This document shows, one piece after another, positions 13,851 to 27,102 of a stretch of 63,997 bases of DNA; the first letter of the stretch is position 1; every line of letters begins with the position of its first letter. The stretch lies in assembly GCF_001194135.2 (NCBI RefSeq), contig NC_068982.1, positions 38,157,968-38,221,964 of the forward strand, read 5' to 3'. The position numbers were made by a program, and so were the translations under genes. Under the pieces are notes generated by a model, which made no database searches, was not told the DNA's origin, and saw only the letters and a program-made list of their open reading frames with translations. Source of the stretch: Octopus bimaculoides (lineage: Eukaryota).

Positions 13851-14067
13851 TTAATCTTTTAGCATTCAGATTACCCTGTCAAATGTAATCCTTATATATT
13901 CACATTGCTTTGAATTAATCATGTATTAAATTATGGCTATGATGTGATTATGTATTTTTAGAATGACATTGTAGGGTAGGTATGAGATACCAGATCTGGC
14001 TTGTTTGAACATAAAACAGATAGAATATTTGAGCTGGATATGGCCAGTTTAAATGCAAAAGGGTTAA
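13851..14067 (+). mobile_element. TTAA-flanked ~215-bp MITE (piggyBac-like), copy 1
   Basis: TTAA-TCTTTTAGCATT...AATGCAAAAGGG-TTAA; homologous to 51791, 53863 and 56042. Confidence 0.8.
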
Positions 14068-15609
14068 ACAATTATTTTCTTGCAGTTTGTAAGTGCTTTG
14101 TTTTTATTTTTTCCTTTTATTGTTTTATTCTATTTATTTATTTGTTTATTTTTGATAACTCTGTTTATCTTTGATGTAGTAAGAAAAGAGCCATCCCTTT
14201 GATGAACCATGAATAAAAGCAACTTTTTTGATATTCAATTTTGGATAGTTTACTGTAGTATAATACTGCGATTTTATTTACAACATGATGGGAAAAGATC
14301 TGAGTTGGCCATGGCAAGATTTAAAATTCATGTGGTTTAAACAATTTTGACCAGTATTTTCCAACTGAGATATAGCCACATATTGTAAGGACACCTGAGA
14401 GCATTATCAAGCTGTATGATGGAATTTATAATTCTAGGTTCAGTGCATTGATAAAATGACAATAACCAGCAAGTGGAACCATTGTATCACTGAACTAGCA
14501 GTCCATTTTCAAGTCCAGAATATAAAAACAGAGGTGATGGATTGAAAGAATGGTAAGAACGGTGGGCAAAATGCCTTGCAGTATTTAGTTACTGTTCTTT
14601 ATGTTTGTAGTTCATATCCTGCTGAAATTAATTTCTCTTTCATCATTCTCGAGCAGTTAAGTAAGCAACAAGTGCTGTGTTTATTTATATTCTTATAATG
14701 CATTCCAAATATGAATAGAATTATAACAGAAGATGAAGATGAGTGTTGTTGAGCCCCATCTTATGAATGAATGAATAAATAAAAAGTACACAATATCATC
14801 AAGTATGTCGTGTTGTCATTGTCGCTGCCATTGTCGTTGTCGTCATCATCATCATTTAACATCTGTTTTCCATGCTGGCATGGGTTGGATGGTTTCACAG
14901 GAACTGACAAATCAGTAGACTGTGCCAAACTTCAGTATCTGTTTTGGCTGGATGCTCTTCCCAACACCAGCCACTTTACAGAGTGTACTACATGGCACCA
15001 GCACCGGTGAAGTTACCTAGTAAATTGCAGGGTATAACCCCACGATTATGGGAGAGGGGGCAGGGAGGAGAGTAATACTGAGGGAAAGAAAAAGGTGTCT
15101 TGCATTAGAAGAGAAACATGGTTACTTCAGATGGGCAGAGAGAGTAGAGAGAAGATGGTGATGATGCTATGAGGATGGGATAGGGGCCATACACCCACGT
15201 TACAGGGATGTGTGTATGGTGAAGTGGACCAGGGATTGGAAAGGGTGTGTGTACGGATGAGTTCACAATATAATGAAAGGAGACTGGTAGCTGGTGATGG
15301 AGGAATGTAATAAGTGGGCACAGGGAGAGAGAATAAATATTAGGAGGATATACCGTGAGCAAGGGATTCAAGTGGGACATATTGTGTGCTGGTAGGTACA
15401 TGAAGGAGGGAAATACAGTGGTGGTGAGCATGGCTGGGGGGAAGGAAAGGAGGTGTTAGGAAGATGGGTTGATGAGAGAAAGGACATAAAGGACTTACCT
15501 TACAAACGAACATACATACATACATATATATACATGCATGCAAACACACATACACACGCACATGTATGTTACTGCCATTTATTCACTAACTTGTATGACA
15601 TCAACACAT

Positions 15610-15661
<52 letters not shown>

Positions 15662-16281
15662 CTTGTGCCCGTGACATGTGTAAGGATTTTTGAGCGAGAT
15701 CGTTGCCAGTGCCCCTGAACTGGCTCCTGTGCGGGTGGCACATAAAATACACTATTTTGAGCATGGCCATTGCCAGTACCACCTGACTGGCCTTCGTGCA
15801 GGTAACACGTAAAAGCACCCACTACACTCTCGGAGTGGTTGGCGTTAGGAAGGGCNNNNNNNNNNNNNNNNNNNNNNNNNNNNNNNNNNNNNNNNNNNNN
15901 NNNNNNNNNNNNNNNNNNNNNNNNNNNNNNNNNNNNNNNNNNNNNNNNNNNNNNNNNNNNNNNNNNNNNNNNNNNNNNNNNNNNNNNNNNNNNNNNNNNN
16001 NNNNNNNNNNNNNNNNNNNNNNNNNNNNNNNNNNNNNNNNNNNNNNNNNNNNNNNNNNNNNNNNNNNNNNNNNNNNNNNNNNNNNNNNNNNNNNNNNNNN
16101 NNNNNNNNNNNNNNNNNNNNNNNNNNNNNNNNNNNNNNNNNNNNNNNNNNNNNNNNNNNNNNNNNNNNNNNNNNNNNNNNNNNNNNNNNNNNNNNNNNNN
16201 NNNNNNNNNNNNNNNNNNNNNNNNNNNNNNNNNNNNNNNNNNNNNNNNNNNNNNNNNNNNNNNNNNNNNNNNNNNNNNNNN

Positions 16282-16332
<51 letters not shown>

Positions 16333-16706
16333 CACACACACACATATATACACACACATGTGAGGTATAGAATATTCTCTCTAAATATTTCAGAGTATAA
16401 ATGATTTTCGTTTTAATCTAATTGCTGTCTATTAACATATGACAAAAGTCAAGTTGATAGATTCATAACTCTTGAGACAGAGGAAGGAAATAAATAACTA
16501 AATGCAAAAGCCAAGCCAACCAAGTTTCTCACAAATCAAATTCTACTGTCTTAAATAAGGAAATGAAACATTAGATTATTATCTAATATATTGCTAAAAT
16601 ATGGATTAGACATGGTTGGAATATCTTTGATCATGGGTTGCACGATTGGAACTGAGCCGGGGACTAGATAACAACAACAACAACAATTCAGATAATTTAC
16701 AATAAA

Positions 16707-16949
16707 TTAACCCTTTTTGCTGCAGAAATCAGATATATCCATTCATATTTTCATTACCCTTAATCACAGAAAGTGGTTTTATGTACTAATCTTTCTTATA
16801 TTGAGGAATGTCGTGTTGTTAAAATATGTCAAGTTTACTGAGGCAATGTGACTTGCAGAAAATACCAATTCTATTAACTTTTTTTGGTAGATATTTAACA
16901 TCATTACTGAAAAAGTCATGAAATTTAATTTCACTCTTAAAAGGGTTAA
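16707..16949. mobile_element. Second TTAA-CCCTT MITE family, degenerate
   Basis: TTAACCCTTT...AAAGGGTTAA ends; internal sequence unrelated to the copies above. Confidence 0.45.
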
Positions 16950-17060
16950 CTTTATTTCTCAAATAAATAAAAAAATAATCCAACATTGCTTCTGAAAAAA
17001 TAACAGTTCATTTTGTAAAAGTGCATGCATGCGTGCATGTGTGTGCGTACGTGTGTGTGC

Positions 17061-17096
<36 letters not shown>

Positions 17097-17329
17097 GCGT
17101 GTGTGTGTGTGTTTGTGTGTGAGAGAGAGATCATCATCCTCAGCATCACTTTACATTTACATATCATACACATTTACATTAGATTTCATTTTCACCAAAA
17201 AATGATATGGATGGACCACTGTAAATACCAAATGCATGGTGTGTGACCAGCTGCTGTGATAAAAAAGAGAAATTCCCCACAAGTGGTTTCAATACAGTTT
17301 TATCAGAAAGATTTGGAAGAATTAGATGA

Positions 17330-18410
17330 AAGTTCTGAACTTTGCCCTGGCTATTCTTATTCTAGTAGCAATGCTCTTTGAGCATCCACCCCCACTACAG
17401 ACTTGGTCACCTAGGTAACGGACACTATCAACTCCTTCTTGTTTCTTCCCCTGGCATGTGACGGAATCTGTTTTCTGAGCATCTGCAGTGTTTCTTGCCA
17501 CTGTACATCTGCTGCACACAAAAGCTATCATCCCAGTTAACCTTCCTTTGATGTTGCTGCACCTCTTATGCATCCATAGCTTACACTGGGTACATTTTAT
17601 GGAGTTTCTACCTATGCCTTTTCTACAGATTGAGCAGGGCCATCTATCTGAAGGAGTTTGTGATGTGTTCGCCTTCCTACTTACTAGAACTTTGGTTCTT
17701 GTTCTCTAGTTCTGGTAGTGATTCAGCTATAAGAACAAGGTCATCAGCATAGAAGAGCTCCCAGGGGCAGCTTGTCTTAAATTCCTCTGTTATTGCCGAG
17801 AGGACTATAATGAATAAGAGGGGTCTGAGGACTGATCCTTGGTGAACCCCTACAACTACTTGGAATTCTTCACTATACTCATTGCCAACCCTCACCTTAC
17901 TGACAGCATCCCAGTACAGGGCTTGTACAGCTCTCACCAACCACTTGTCTATCCCTAATTTCCACATTGACCACCAGTTAAGGGATCCAGGAACTCTATC
18001 AAAGTCTTTCTCCAAGTCAACAAAAGCCAAGTACAGAGGTTTATCTTTGGCTAGATATTTCTCCTACAGCTGCCTTACCAGAAATATAGCATCAGTGGTG
18101 CTTCTCCCTGGCACAAAACCAAACTGCATCTCATCTACACTAACTCTCTGCCTAATTAGTTGGGCTATGACCATCTCAGCAGTGATTCTTGATGGGCCGG
18201 GGACTTTCCTTGCCTTCATATCCTTAATTGTTTTATCTACCAAAGTACTGATGATTCAGATAGCAGGTACCTCAACTGGTTCAACATTTGGCAGACTCTC
18301 CTCCTCTCATTCATTCTCCACATTCAGCAGTCTTTCATAATGGCATCTCCAAACCTCTTTCTTTGCCAAATCATTTACTGCAAGCACACCATCATCCATA
18401 CAGTTGCATT
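17330..18410 (-). mobile_element. RTE-clade LINE reverse transcriptase fragment
   Basis: QFGFVPGRSTTDAIF, AFVDLEKDFDRVP, GVHQGSVLRPLLF, LFYADDLVL; has frameshifts, stops and an apparent internal deletion after ITAEM. Confidence 0.93.
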
Positions 18411-18674
18411 TCTCTCCTATATATANNNNNNNNNNNNNNNNNNNNNNNNNNNNNNNNNNNNNNNNNNNNNNNNNNNNNNNNNNNNNNNNNNNNNNNNNNN
18501 NNNNNNNNNNNNNNNNNNNNNNNNNNNNNNNNNNNNNNNNNNNNNNNNNNNNNNNNNNNNNNNNNNNNNNNNNNNNNNNNNNNNNNNNNNNNNNNNNNNN
18601 NNNNNNNNNNNNNNNNNNNNNNNNNNNNNNNNNNNNNNNNNNNNNNNNNNNNNNNNNNNNNNNNNNNNNNNNNN

Positions 18675-19101
18675 ATTATTATTTTTCAATATAAAACTTT
18701 ATCATTTCTAACAGCCGTTTCTGCTTCCAATGTCCCTCAGCGCAGCCAAAGAAAATTCTGAGAATAATATTCGTCATATTCTATAGTACATCCGATCTGG
18801 TACATGGAGCTTCATAAGAATGAAGAAAAATACATCAAATAAAAGAAGAGAAGAGAAAAGAAAGGGTAAAATGGTATGATTCAAATATATTAAGCATTCT
18901 TTCTTCATTTTGAGGTGCTTTTCTTTTCTCTTCTCTTATTTTATGTATTTTCTTCACTCTGGAGGAAGCTCCATGTACCAGATCAGATGTGCTATAGAAT
19001 ATGATGAATATTATTCTCAGAATTTTCTTTAGCAGTGCTGAGGGACATTGGAGGCAGAAACGGCTGCTAGAAGTGATAAAGTTTTGTATCAAAAAAAATA
19101 A
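18675..19101. repeat. Long imperfect inverted repeat (~185-bp arms), MITE-like
   Basis: 18675-18863 is the reverse complement of ~18919-19101 (e.g. GATCTGGTACATGGAGCTTC / GAAGCTCCATGTACCAGATC). Confidence 0.9.
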
Positions 19102-19360
19102 TCGATGGTAGTCAATTTGTCTGTTGATCAAGAATTTTCTCCATTTTCTGCTTAATTTAAATTTGATTCCTGATAAACCCTTGTTTATTTTGTTATTGCT
19201 TGTATCCTATGAGCATAATATGCTTGCATATGTATGCCCAGGGTTAACATAGGCAACTTATACCGGTAGTAAAAACAGACGTTCTTATCCCTTAGACAGT
19301 TATTCCAACCACTAAGTCTACTAACCTATATGTGTGTGTGTGTGTGTGTGTATGTATATA

Positions 19361-19411
<51 letters not shown>

Positions 19412-19789
19412 NNNNNNNNNNNNNNNNNNNNNNNNNNNNNNNNNNNNNNNNNNNNNNNNNNNNNNNNNNNNNNNNNNNNNNNNNNNNNNNNNNNNNNNNN
19501 NNNNNNNNNNNNNNNNNNNNNNNNNNNNNNNNNNNNNNNNNNNNNNNNNNNNNNNNNNNNNNNNNNNNNNNNNNNNNNNNNNNNNNNNNNNNNNNNNNNN
19601 NNNNNNNNNNNNNNNNNNNNNNNNNNNNNNNNNNNNNNNNNNNNNNNNNNNNNNNNNNNNNNNNNNNNNNNNNNNNNNNNNNNNNNNNNNNNNNNNNNNN
19701 NNNNNNNNNNNNNNNNNNNNNNNNNNNNNNNNNNNNNNNNNNNNNNNNNNNNNNNNNNNNNNNNNNNNNNNNNNNNNNNNNNNNNNNNN

Positions 19790-19838
<49 letters not shown>

Positions 19839-20822
19839 TCATTTATATCAGTGTATTGAGTGAAAATGTACAAAGGTAATCCATTTTCATTGGTACAGTA
19901 AGTATAGCTACTGATGTTTATGACTATTAAGCAGTTTTAAGTTTCATATTAAGTATCCTACTACTTTTTGTAATAATGATAGAAACATTTTAAATCCAAA
20001 ATAAATAGCCAAATTGAATAAATAAAAAGAATGCTGTATTCACTGTAGTGACTCTCAAGAAATGTGGGCGGAAATTTGAGTACTGAGAAAATATTGGGTA
20101 ACTCTAGTAGGATACTATTTACCCTGGAAGTGAATTATAGCCATTTCTAAATTAAATAAAAAGAGAAAGAACAAAAACAAAGAAAAAGGAAAAGGCAAGA
20201 AAATCATTGAGTTAGCCTCAGTGTGTGTGTGTGTAAGTGTGTGTGTGTGTGAGTGTGTGTGTGTATATAATTAAGGGAAATATTAAATCTTAATGTTAGT
20301 TTAAAAGAAATCTAGAAGAATGTGGAAAAAAAATGCTTCTAAACCTCTCTTTTTGAAGGCTTTCTCATTTTCTCATTTTTTCCCTCAATTTGTATGGAAT
20401 AGGTTAAAAATAGTCATACATGAATGACTTGACTTTTGTCAGATGTTAATTGGCTGTAATTAGATTAAAATGAAAATATCTTATTTTCTGAAGTACTCTA
20501 AGGAAATAGCAGAAGGAGTCTAGTTCCCATTCAAAGATATTGGCTAACTAATTGAAATGAATGACTTTTCCATGTGTGATAAGAAATGCCCATTGATGTA
20601 AAATATTTGTGCTTACTATATTAATATAGAGTGTTTGTTTACTGAGTCTTTACAAAAAAAGTGCAAGAGTCGATTCATTTGACCAAAACCTTTTCTGCCC
20701 CAGCCTGGCCACATTCTAATGACTGAAACAAGTAAAAGAAAGGATAAAAGAATAGATCTTTCACAATTATAAAGTTTTTACAGTTTAAAAAATACATCCA
20801 TCATTCCTACATATAGTCACTC

Positions 20823-21202
20823 TCTTTACCCTTTACTCTTTTACTTGTTTCAGTCATTTGACTGTGGCCATGCTGGAGCACCGCCTTTAGTCGAGAAAAT
20901 CGACCCCACAACTTATTCTTTGTAAGCCTAGTACTTATTCTATCGGTCTCTTTTTGCCGAACCGCTAAGTTACGGGGACATAAACACACCAGCATAGGTT
21001 GTCAAGCGATGGTGGGGGGACAAACGCAGACACACAAACACACACATACATACATACATATATACATATATACATATATACATATATACGATGGGCTTCT
21101 TTCAGTTTCCGTTTACCAAATCCACTCACAAGGCTTTGGTCGGCCTGAGGCTATAGTAGAAGACACTTGCCCAAGGTGCCAAGCAGTGGGATTGAACCCA
21201 GA
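20823..21202 (-). mobile_element. Family A SINE (head lost in gap)
   Basis: Reverse complement of the 22626 copy. Confidence 0.85.
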
Positions 21203-21692
21203 NNNNNNNNNNNNNNNNNNNNNNNNNNNNNNNNNNNNNNNNNNNNNCTAGCATGGGTTGGACGATTTGACTGAGGACTGGTGAAACCGGATGGCAACAC
21301 CAGGCTCCAATCTGATTTGGCAGAGTTTCTACAGCTGGATGCCCTTCCTAACGCCAACCACTCCAAGAGTGTAGTGGGTGCTTTTACGTGTCACCTGCAC
21401 GAAGGCCAGTCAGGCGGTACTGGCAACGGCCACGCTCAAAATGGTGTATTTTATGTGCCACCCACACAAGAGCCAGTCCAGGGGCACTGGCAATGATCTT
21501 GCTCGAAAATCCTTACACATGTCACGGGCACAAGTGCCAGAAAGGCGATGCTGGGCACAGGTGCTATCCCGATTTTGCTTTTCGCTTGCCCCAATAAGTC
21601 TTTGCAAGCTGAGTTTCGAGTCCAATGAAGGAAGTAATTTCATAAAATATCTTTGTGTAGGGCATTCACTAAAACAATAAAGTATGTACACA

Positions 21693-21730
<38 letters not shown>

Positions 21731-22625
21731 CAAATACATGTATATAAATACACACACACACACAAACACATGCATTTCTGTTTCTTTAATTTCACTAAGT
21801 AATAAAAAAATAATGGAACAATGTTTTAAAATAGAGTTGGCTTAACCAACTCCAAAATATTGTTTCCATTTCTTTTTATTTGTGAAGGTACTAGGTTATG
21901 GTTTTGGAAGGAAAAAGAATTGTAATTAAACTCAGAATATTAAAACTATCTGTTGCAAATAGCAATCAATAAGTTCAATAGAAACCTGATCAACCCTTAA
22001 GACTGTTAGAAAATATAAATTAATCAACAAGCAGAAACACAAAAGATGTAATTAAAAGTTTGATCAATGCATATTGTTTTAAAACCAGATCTTTTTCTTT
22101 ATTTCAGTTACATATCTCTTATAGTTAATATAGTCTGATGGCTACAGAACAACACACATCACACAATGCTCATAATTTTCGCTATAAATTTTCGCAATAA
22201 AAACATTTTCACGCATGATAACTCTAGTAATCCATTTATGAAGGAAAATCAATGTTGAGAAAGATCTAAAGTGAACCAAATTTATATAAATGACCAACAA
22301 CAAATAAGGATAAGTTCTCTAGTATAATTTTTTACTTTGCTTAACAAAATCTGCATCTCTTATTGCTGTTGAAGTAAGGTTTGTACCTCACTAGTACTCT
22401 GCATTTGAGATTGCAATCCATGGCACCTTCTTTCAACAACCTTCTTTCCATGCTAGGGTTGTGATATTTTGCCTCTCCTGTATACTAAAGGAGAAAATGT
22501 GATTGTAAAATCTGGTGCTGAAGGGCCTTTTTGCTAAGCTCACACATTTCTACATGTCCATCTGTCCATTTGACATAGCCTCTGCTTTATATACAATAGT
22601 TTCGGTGTTGCTTTTAAGTAGACAT

Positions 22626-22990
22626 GGCGCAGGAGTGGCTGTGTGGTAAATAGCTTGCTTACCAACCACATGGTTCCGTGTTCAGTCCCACTGCGTGGTA
22701 CCTTGGGCAAGTGTCTTCTACTATAGACTCTCGGGCCGATCAAAGCCTTGTGAGTGGATTTGACAGACGGAAACTGAAAGAAGCCCATCGTATATATGTA
22801 TATATGTGTGTGTGTTTGTGTCTCTGTGTTTGTCCACCGAATATCGCTTGACTTAGTGGTTTGGCAAAAGAAACTGATAGAATAAGTACTAGGCTTATGA
22901 AGAATAAGTCCTGGGTCAATTTGCTCGACTAAAGGCAGTGCTCCAGCATGGCAGCAGTCAAATGACTGAAACAAGTAAAAGAGAGTAAAA
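22626..22990 (+). mobile_element. tRNA-derived bipartite SINE (family A), well preserved
   Basis: Head GGCGCAGGAGTGGCTGTGTGGT...GTTCAGTCCC, internal (TA)/(TG) microsatellite, tail GCAGTCAAATGACTGAAACAAGTAAAAGAG. Confidence 0.85.
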
Positions 22991-23189
22991 GAAAAAGAGA
23001 GACATGCTATGTTGCTTCTGCATGAGCATCTTGACTCTCTTTCAAGTATGAGTTCACTTACTATAATTTTCTTTATGCACAGCTTAAAGAAACTTTCACA
23101 GTATATTTTTTCCTGTATCTATGTATTTGTGGGGAGTGTTTATCAATTAAACTAAGGAAGATCCTACCTACACAAGTCTTTATATTCAG

Positions 23190-23440
23190 GGAGAAGAGGG
23201 GTGAGAGCTACAAAACTTTTCAGTGGCATTTTCTCTTGGTAGAGTTAAGGTCAAGTGTGTAACAAAACTTATCCTTAAAACTGTTGATAACCAGGGCCAT
23301 GTTGTAGCACTGGGCTGCAACATTGAAAATGTCTTACTTGAAGACAGGTTGGAGATTCTTCTGGTGATCTCTTTAACCAGGTTCATGGGCACTATGGCAG
23401 ATGTCAACTTCTCATTTAGAATTAGGCAGGTAGAAGCTGC
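23190..23440 (-). mobile_element. Penelope-like RT C-terminal fragment (second family)
   Basis: NLVKEITRRISNLSSS then, after a frameshift, DIFNVAAQCYNMAL; resembles the PLE thumb motif xxRRISxLSS..FN..A..Y..AL. Confidence 0.55.
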
Positions 23441-23595
23441 AAGCCAACCTGTTGTATAAGTATGTGTTTGTGTATGTGCGTATGTTCATGTATGTATATA
23501 TACATACGTAAACATACACACACGCACACAGAGACACATAGATTATTTACATTATTTACATTTGACAGATATTTGTCCTCATCTCGTTTGTTGTT

Positions 23596-23641
23596 AACAC
23601 AACATTTCGGCTGATATACCCTCCAGCCTTCATCAGGTGTC
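23596..23641 (-). ncRNA. Minimal type I hammerhead-ribozyme-like motif (Penelope pLTR)
   Basis: GACAC-CTGATGA-A-GGCTG(loop)CAGCC-GAAA-TGTT-GTGTT: catalytic boxes, 5-bp stem II and stem I GACAC/GTGTT. GAAAT rather than GAAAC suggests CpG decay. Confidence 0.6.
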
Positions 23642-23715
23642 TTGGGGAAATTTTGAACCTGGGTTCTCATTCCTAAGGTATTTTTTCAATGTTATCATTA
23701 TTATTATTATCATCA

Positions 23716-23768
<53 letters not shown>

Positions 23769-23779
23769 ATTATTATTCA

Positions 23780-23852
23780 GGTCACTGCCTGGAAATGAAC
23801 TCAGAATCTTGGGATTAGTAGCCCATACTCTTAACCACTACGCTATATGCCC
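23780..23852 (-). ncRNA. tRNA-like Pol III head (degenerate)
   Basis: 73 nt, GGGCATATAGCGTAGTGGTTAAGAG...GAGTTCATTTCCAGGCAGTGACC. A box TAGCGTAGTGG and B-box-like GTTCATTTCC; stems imperfect, so not a functional tRNA. Confidence 0.65.
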
Positions 23853-23858
23853 ATGGGA

Positions 23859-24575
23859 TTATAAATCTAATATTTTCCTATCCTTCCTTAATGCAGGTTC
23901 CCATATGCTATTCATATCTGCACTCGGTCTGCTTAGGAGGTTGTTGTGTCCTAGCATATGTGCTGTTTCCTTTAGTTTTCGTATTTTCCAGTGGTGTTCT
24001 TTGTCTATTATTTTAACTTCATCCCACAGGGAGAGGTGGTCTCTATTTTTCCATACATGATCAACTATACCCGATTTATCAATATCTCCTCGTGTCACAG
24101 CTTTGCAATGTTCCTTTACCCTTATTTTGAGGGGCTGCATGTTTGCTAAGTGTTGTAATACTCTTGAATACTGTCCTGATGTCATATGGGCCGCATACCT
24201 TTTGTATCTTTTCAGAGAGGCCTTTCACATAGGGTAGACAGACTGTGGACAGTTTATTGGTTTCATCCTCTCTTTTCTTCACAGTTGGAGTGGATAGTAT
24301 GTTTTTGGGGTAAATGTTGCTTAATAGATTGTTACTGAGCTTGATCATTACTTCGTGGTGGGTATCACAATCACTACTTATATTCTTTGCTCAAAGTTTT
24401 AGGCACTGAGCAATCCCTTTCTTTACACTGTATGGATGGTGGGAATTGAAGTTGAGGTATATGTCCAGTGAAGGTTGGCTTGCAATATACGGATGTCCTG
24501 AATCCATACTTGGTGTGTGTTATTAATATGTCCAAGAATGCTAGCTGATTGTCTTTTTCCTTTTCCATTGGGAAC
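23859..24575 (-). mobile_element. Penelope-like element: RT thumb plus GIY-YIG endonuclease
   Basis: FPMEKEKDNQLAFLDILI, VYCKPTFTG, CLPYVKGLSEKIQKV, RVKEH...SGIVDHVW...WDEVKIIDKEHHWKIRKLKE; frameshifted. Confidence 0.88.
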
Positions 24576-24660
24576 ATAAATGTATGCATATGTATATATA
24601 CATAGATATATATATATAAGTATGTATATGTATGTATATATATATATATATATATATAGT

Positions 24661-24862
24661 CTTTTATTCTTTTATTTGTTTCAGTCATTTGACTGTGGCC
24701 ATGCTGGAGCACTGCCTTTAGTCTAGCAAATCGACTCCAGGACTTATTCTTTGTAAGCCTAGTACCTATTTTATCGGTCTCTATTGCCGAACCGCTAAGT
24801 TACTGGAACGTAAACACACCAGCATCGGTTGTCAAACAATGCTGGAAGGACAAAAACAGACA

Positions 24863-24896
<34 letters not shown>

Positions 24897-25091
24897 NNNN
24901 NNNNNNATATATATATATATATATATATACGACGGGCTTCTTTCAATTTCTGTCTACCAAATGCACTCACAAGGCTTTGGTCAGCCCGAGGCTATAGCAG
25001 AAGATACTTGCCCAAGGTGCCACACAGTGGGACTGAACCCGGAACCATGCGGTTGGGAAGCAAGCTACTTACCACACAGCCACTCCTGGGC
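24661..25091 (-). mobile_element. Family A SINE
   Basis: Full head to tail, minus strand. Confidence 0.85.
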
Positions 25092-25567
25092 TTGTGCATG
25101 CATGGCTCTGTCGTTAAGAGATTTGCTTTCCAGCCATGAGGTTTTGGGTTCACTTAGGGTGAAAGAAGCCCACTGCATATACATACATGCATATATACAG
25201 TGATAGATAATGGTGGTAGAGGAGGGTATTTTCCTACAGTGTTTATATTAATTCTAAGTCAGTTAAAGAATAGGTGTGTGTGTCTGTGTGTTTGTCTGTC
25301 TGTGTGTGTGTAGTGTGAGTCTGTGCATGTGTGCATGAGTGTAAATATGTATGTGTATTTATCTGTATATATATATATATAGACAGATAGATAGATAGAG
25401 AGAGAGATATATGTATGTGCGTGTATGTGTGCATAGCGGATGGATGTGTACAACAGTGTGTGTCAATCTTCCAGCATCTCTAAATGTCTAAATCTGTTGT
25501 TGACAAAAGCACTATCTAAGTCTCTCTATGGTATATGAATGTGAATGGGAGAGAGAAAGAGAGAAGG

Positions 25568-25616
<49 letters not shown>

Positions 25617-25958
25617 AAAAGATAGAGAGAGAGAGAGAGAGAGAGAAGGAGACAGCAAGAGAAAGAGAGTGAGATTGTTGATGAGGTGAAGAGCTGCTTT
25701 TTAGTCAGCCTCTGTCAATAGGAAGTTGGCCTCACTGCTGCTAGTGTTAATATATCAGAGGAGCCTTTCTCTCATTTTGTTACTACAGTTGTAGTAAGTT
25801 GATAACTACTTTCTCCATGGGAAGTTGTATGCTCCCCAGACTGTTTAGTAGACACTGTAGTTTGGGGGCAGGAACAAATACATAAGAAGGAAACAAAAAA
25901 GTAACAAAAAACAAACAAACATAAAATACTGTAAATCAATTACACACACACACACATA

Positions 25959-25994
<36 letters not shown>

Positions 25995-26405
25995 TCAAAT
26001 TTCTATTTTTAGAACTTTAGGAGAGTTCAGCTTCTTGACCTCATCCTCATCATCATCACCACCAGCAACAGCAGTAGCAGCCTTAACATTGCCATCCGAA
26101 ATATTTTAACCATTATTATTATAACCATCATTACCTGGCACCGCTGACAGTACTGTCAACATTTTAATTGCTGTCCTTTATCTGGTGCCAGCACAACCAC
26201 TGACAGCAACTAGCAGTTGCAGTAATAACAGCAGCAGCAACACCACTACCACCACCACTACCATCACCACCACCACCACCACCACCACCATCACTACCAC
26301 AACCAAAACCCTCAGTACAGCAGCAACAAGCCATTGATGTTACTACAATTGGTACTATAACCATTGTTCACCCACCCATAAACACACACTCCATTCACAC
26401 ATGCA

Positions 26406-26477
<72 letters not shown>

Positions 26478-27102
26478 TGTATATACTCATACACACAACT
26501 TCTGGCTGAAGCCAGGCCTGGCTTTTCCTCATCTCCCATTTGCCATCCATAAAGAGTTGCAGCATCAGCAGGAGTAGCAGAGGTGACAGAGAAAGTGACT
26601 GAAGTGTAGACAGAAGAGAGGTAGATGCAGTAAGGTTACTAATGTCTTTTTTTTTTTTTAACTAAAAGGGTATTTGATGCAAGGATTTCAAGTTAATTTC
26701 CTGTATCAAGATTTGAAAAAAAAAAAAATATTTATCAATCTAAATCTATTAACTGAACTACACACAAGCAGATGTCACACAGGGATACCTACTTATTTTT
26801 ATCACACAAAACTTTCATATCATTTATGTCTATAATCAGATATACATTGATGCAACATTGTGTATGTATAATTAACTAGATACATAATCTTCACATAAAT
26901 ATTGAAGTATATAAACCTAAAAATATACTTATAGGCTAGTAATTTCAGATAGATGTGTGAAAGTCATTACTGAAATGTTCATGGTTGACAGGAAAAAAAG
27001 AAGCAAAAAGTAAACACATTGAATTTTAGACAGTGGAAAAGAAAGAACAAAGAGGAAAAAAAAAATATTCTCTGAAATTATAAAATTTTAAAATATTTAG
27101 AA

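Noticed and set aside
23780-23852. Functional tRNA gene
   Set aside because: Acceptor and T stems are mispaired and the B box is mutated; treated as a retroelement head.
26030-26330. Low-complexity CAC/CAG-rich stretch upstream of the plus-strand ORF
   Set aside because: Stops interrupt the frames; trinucleotide-repeat decay explains it.
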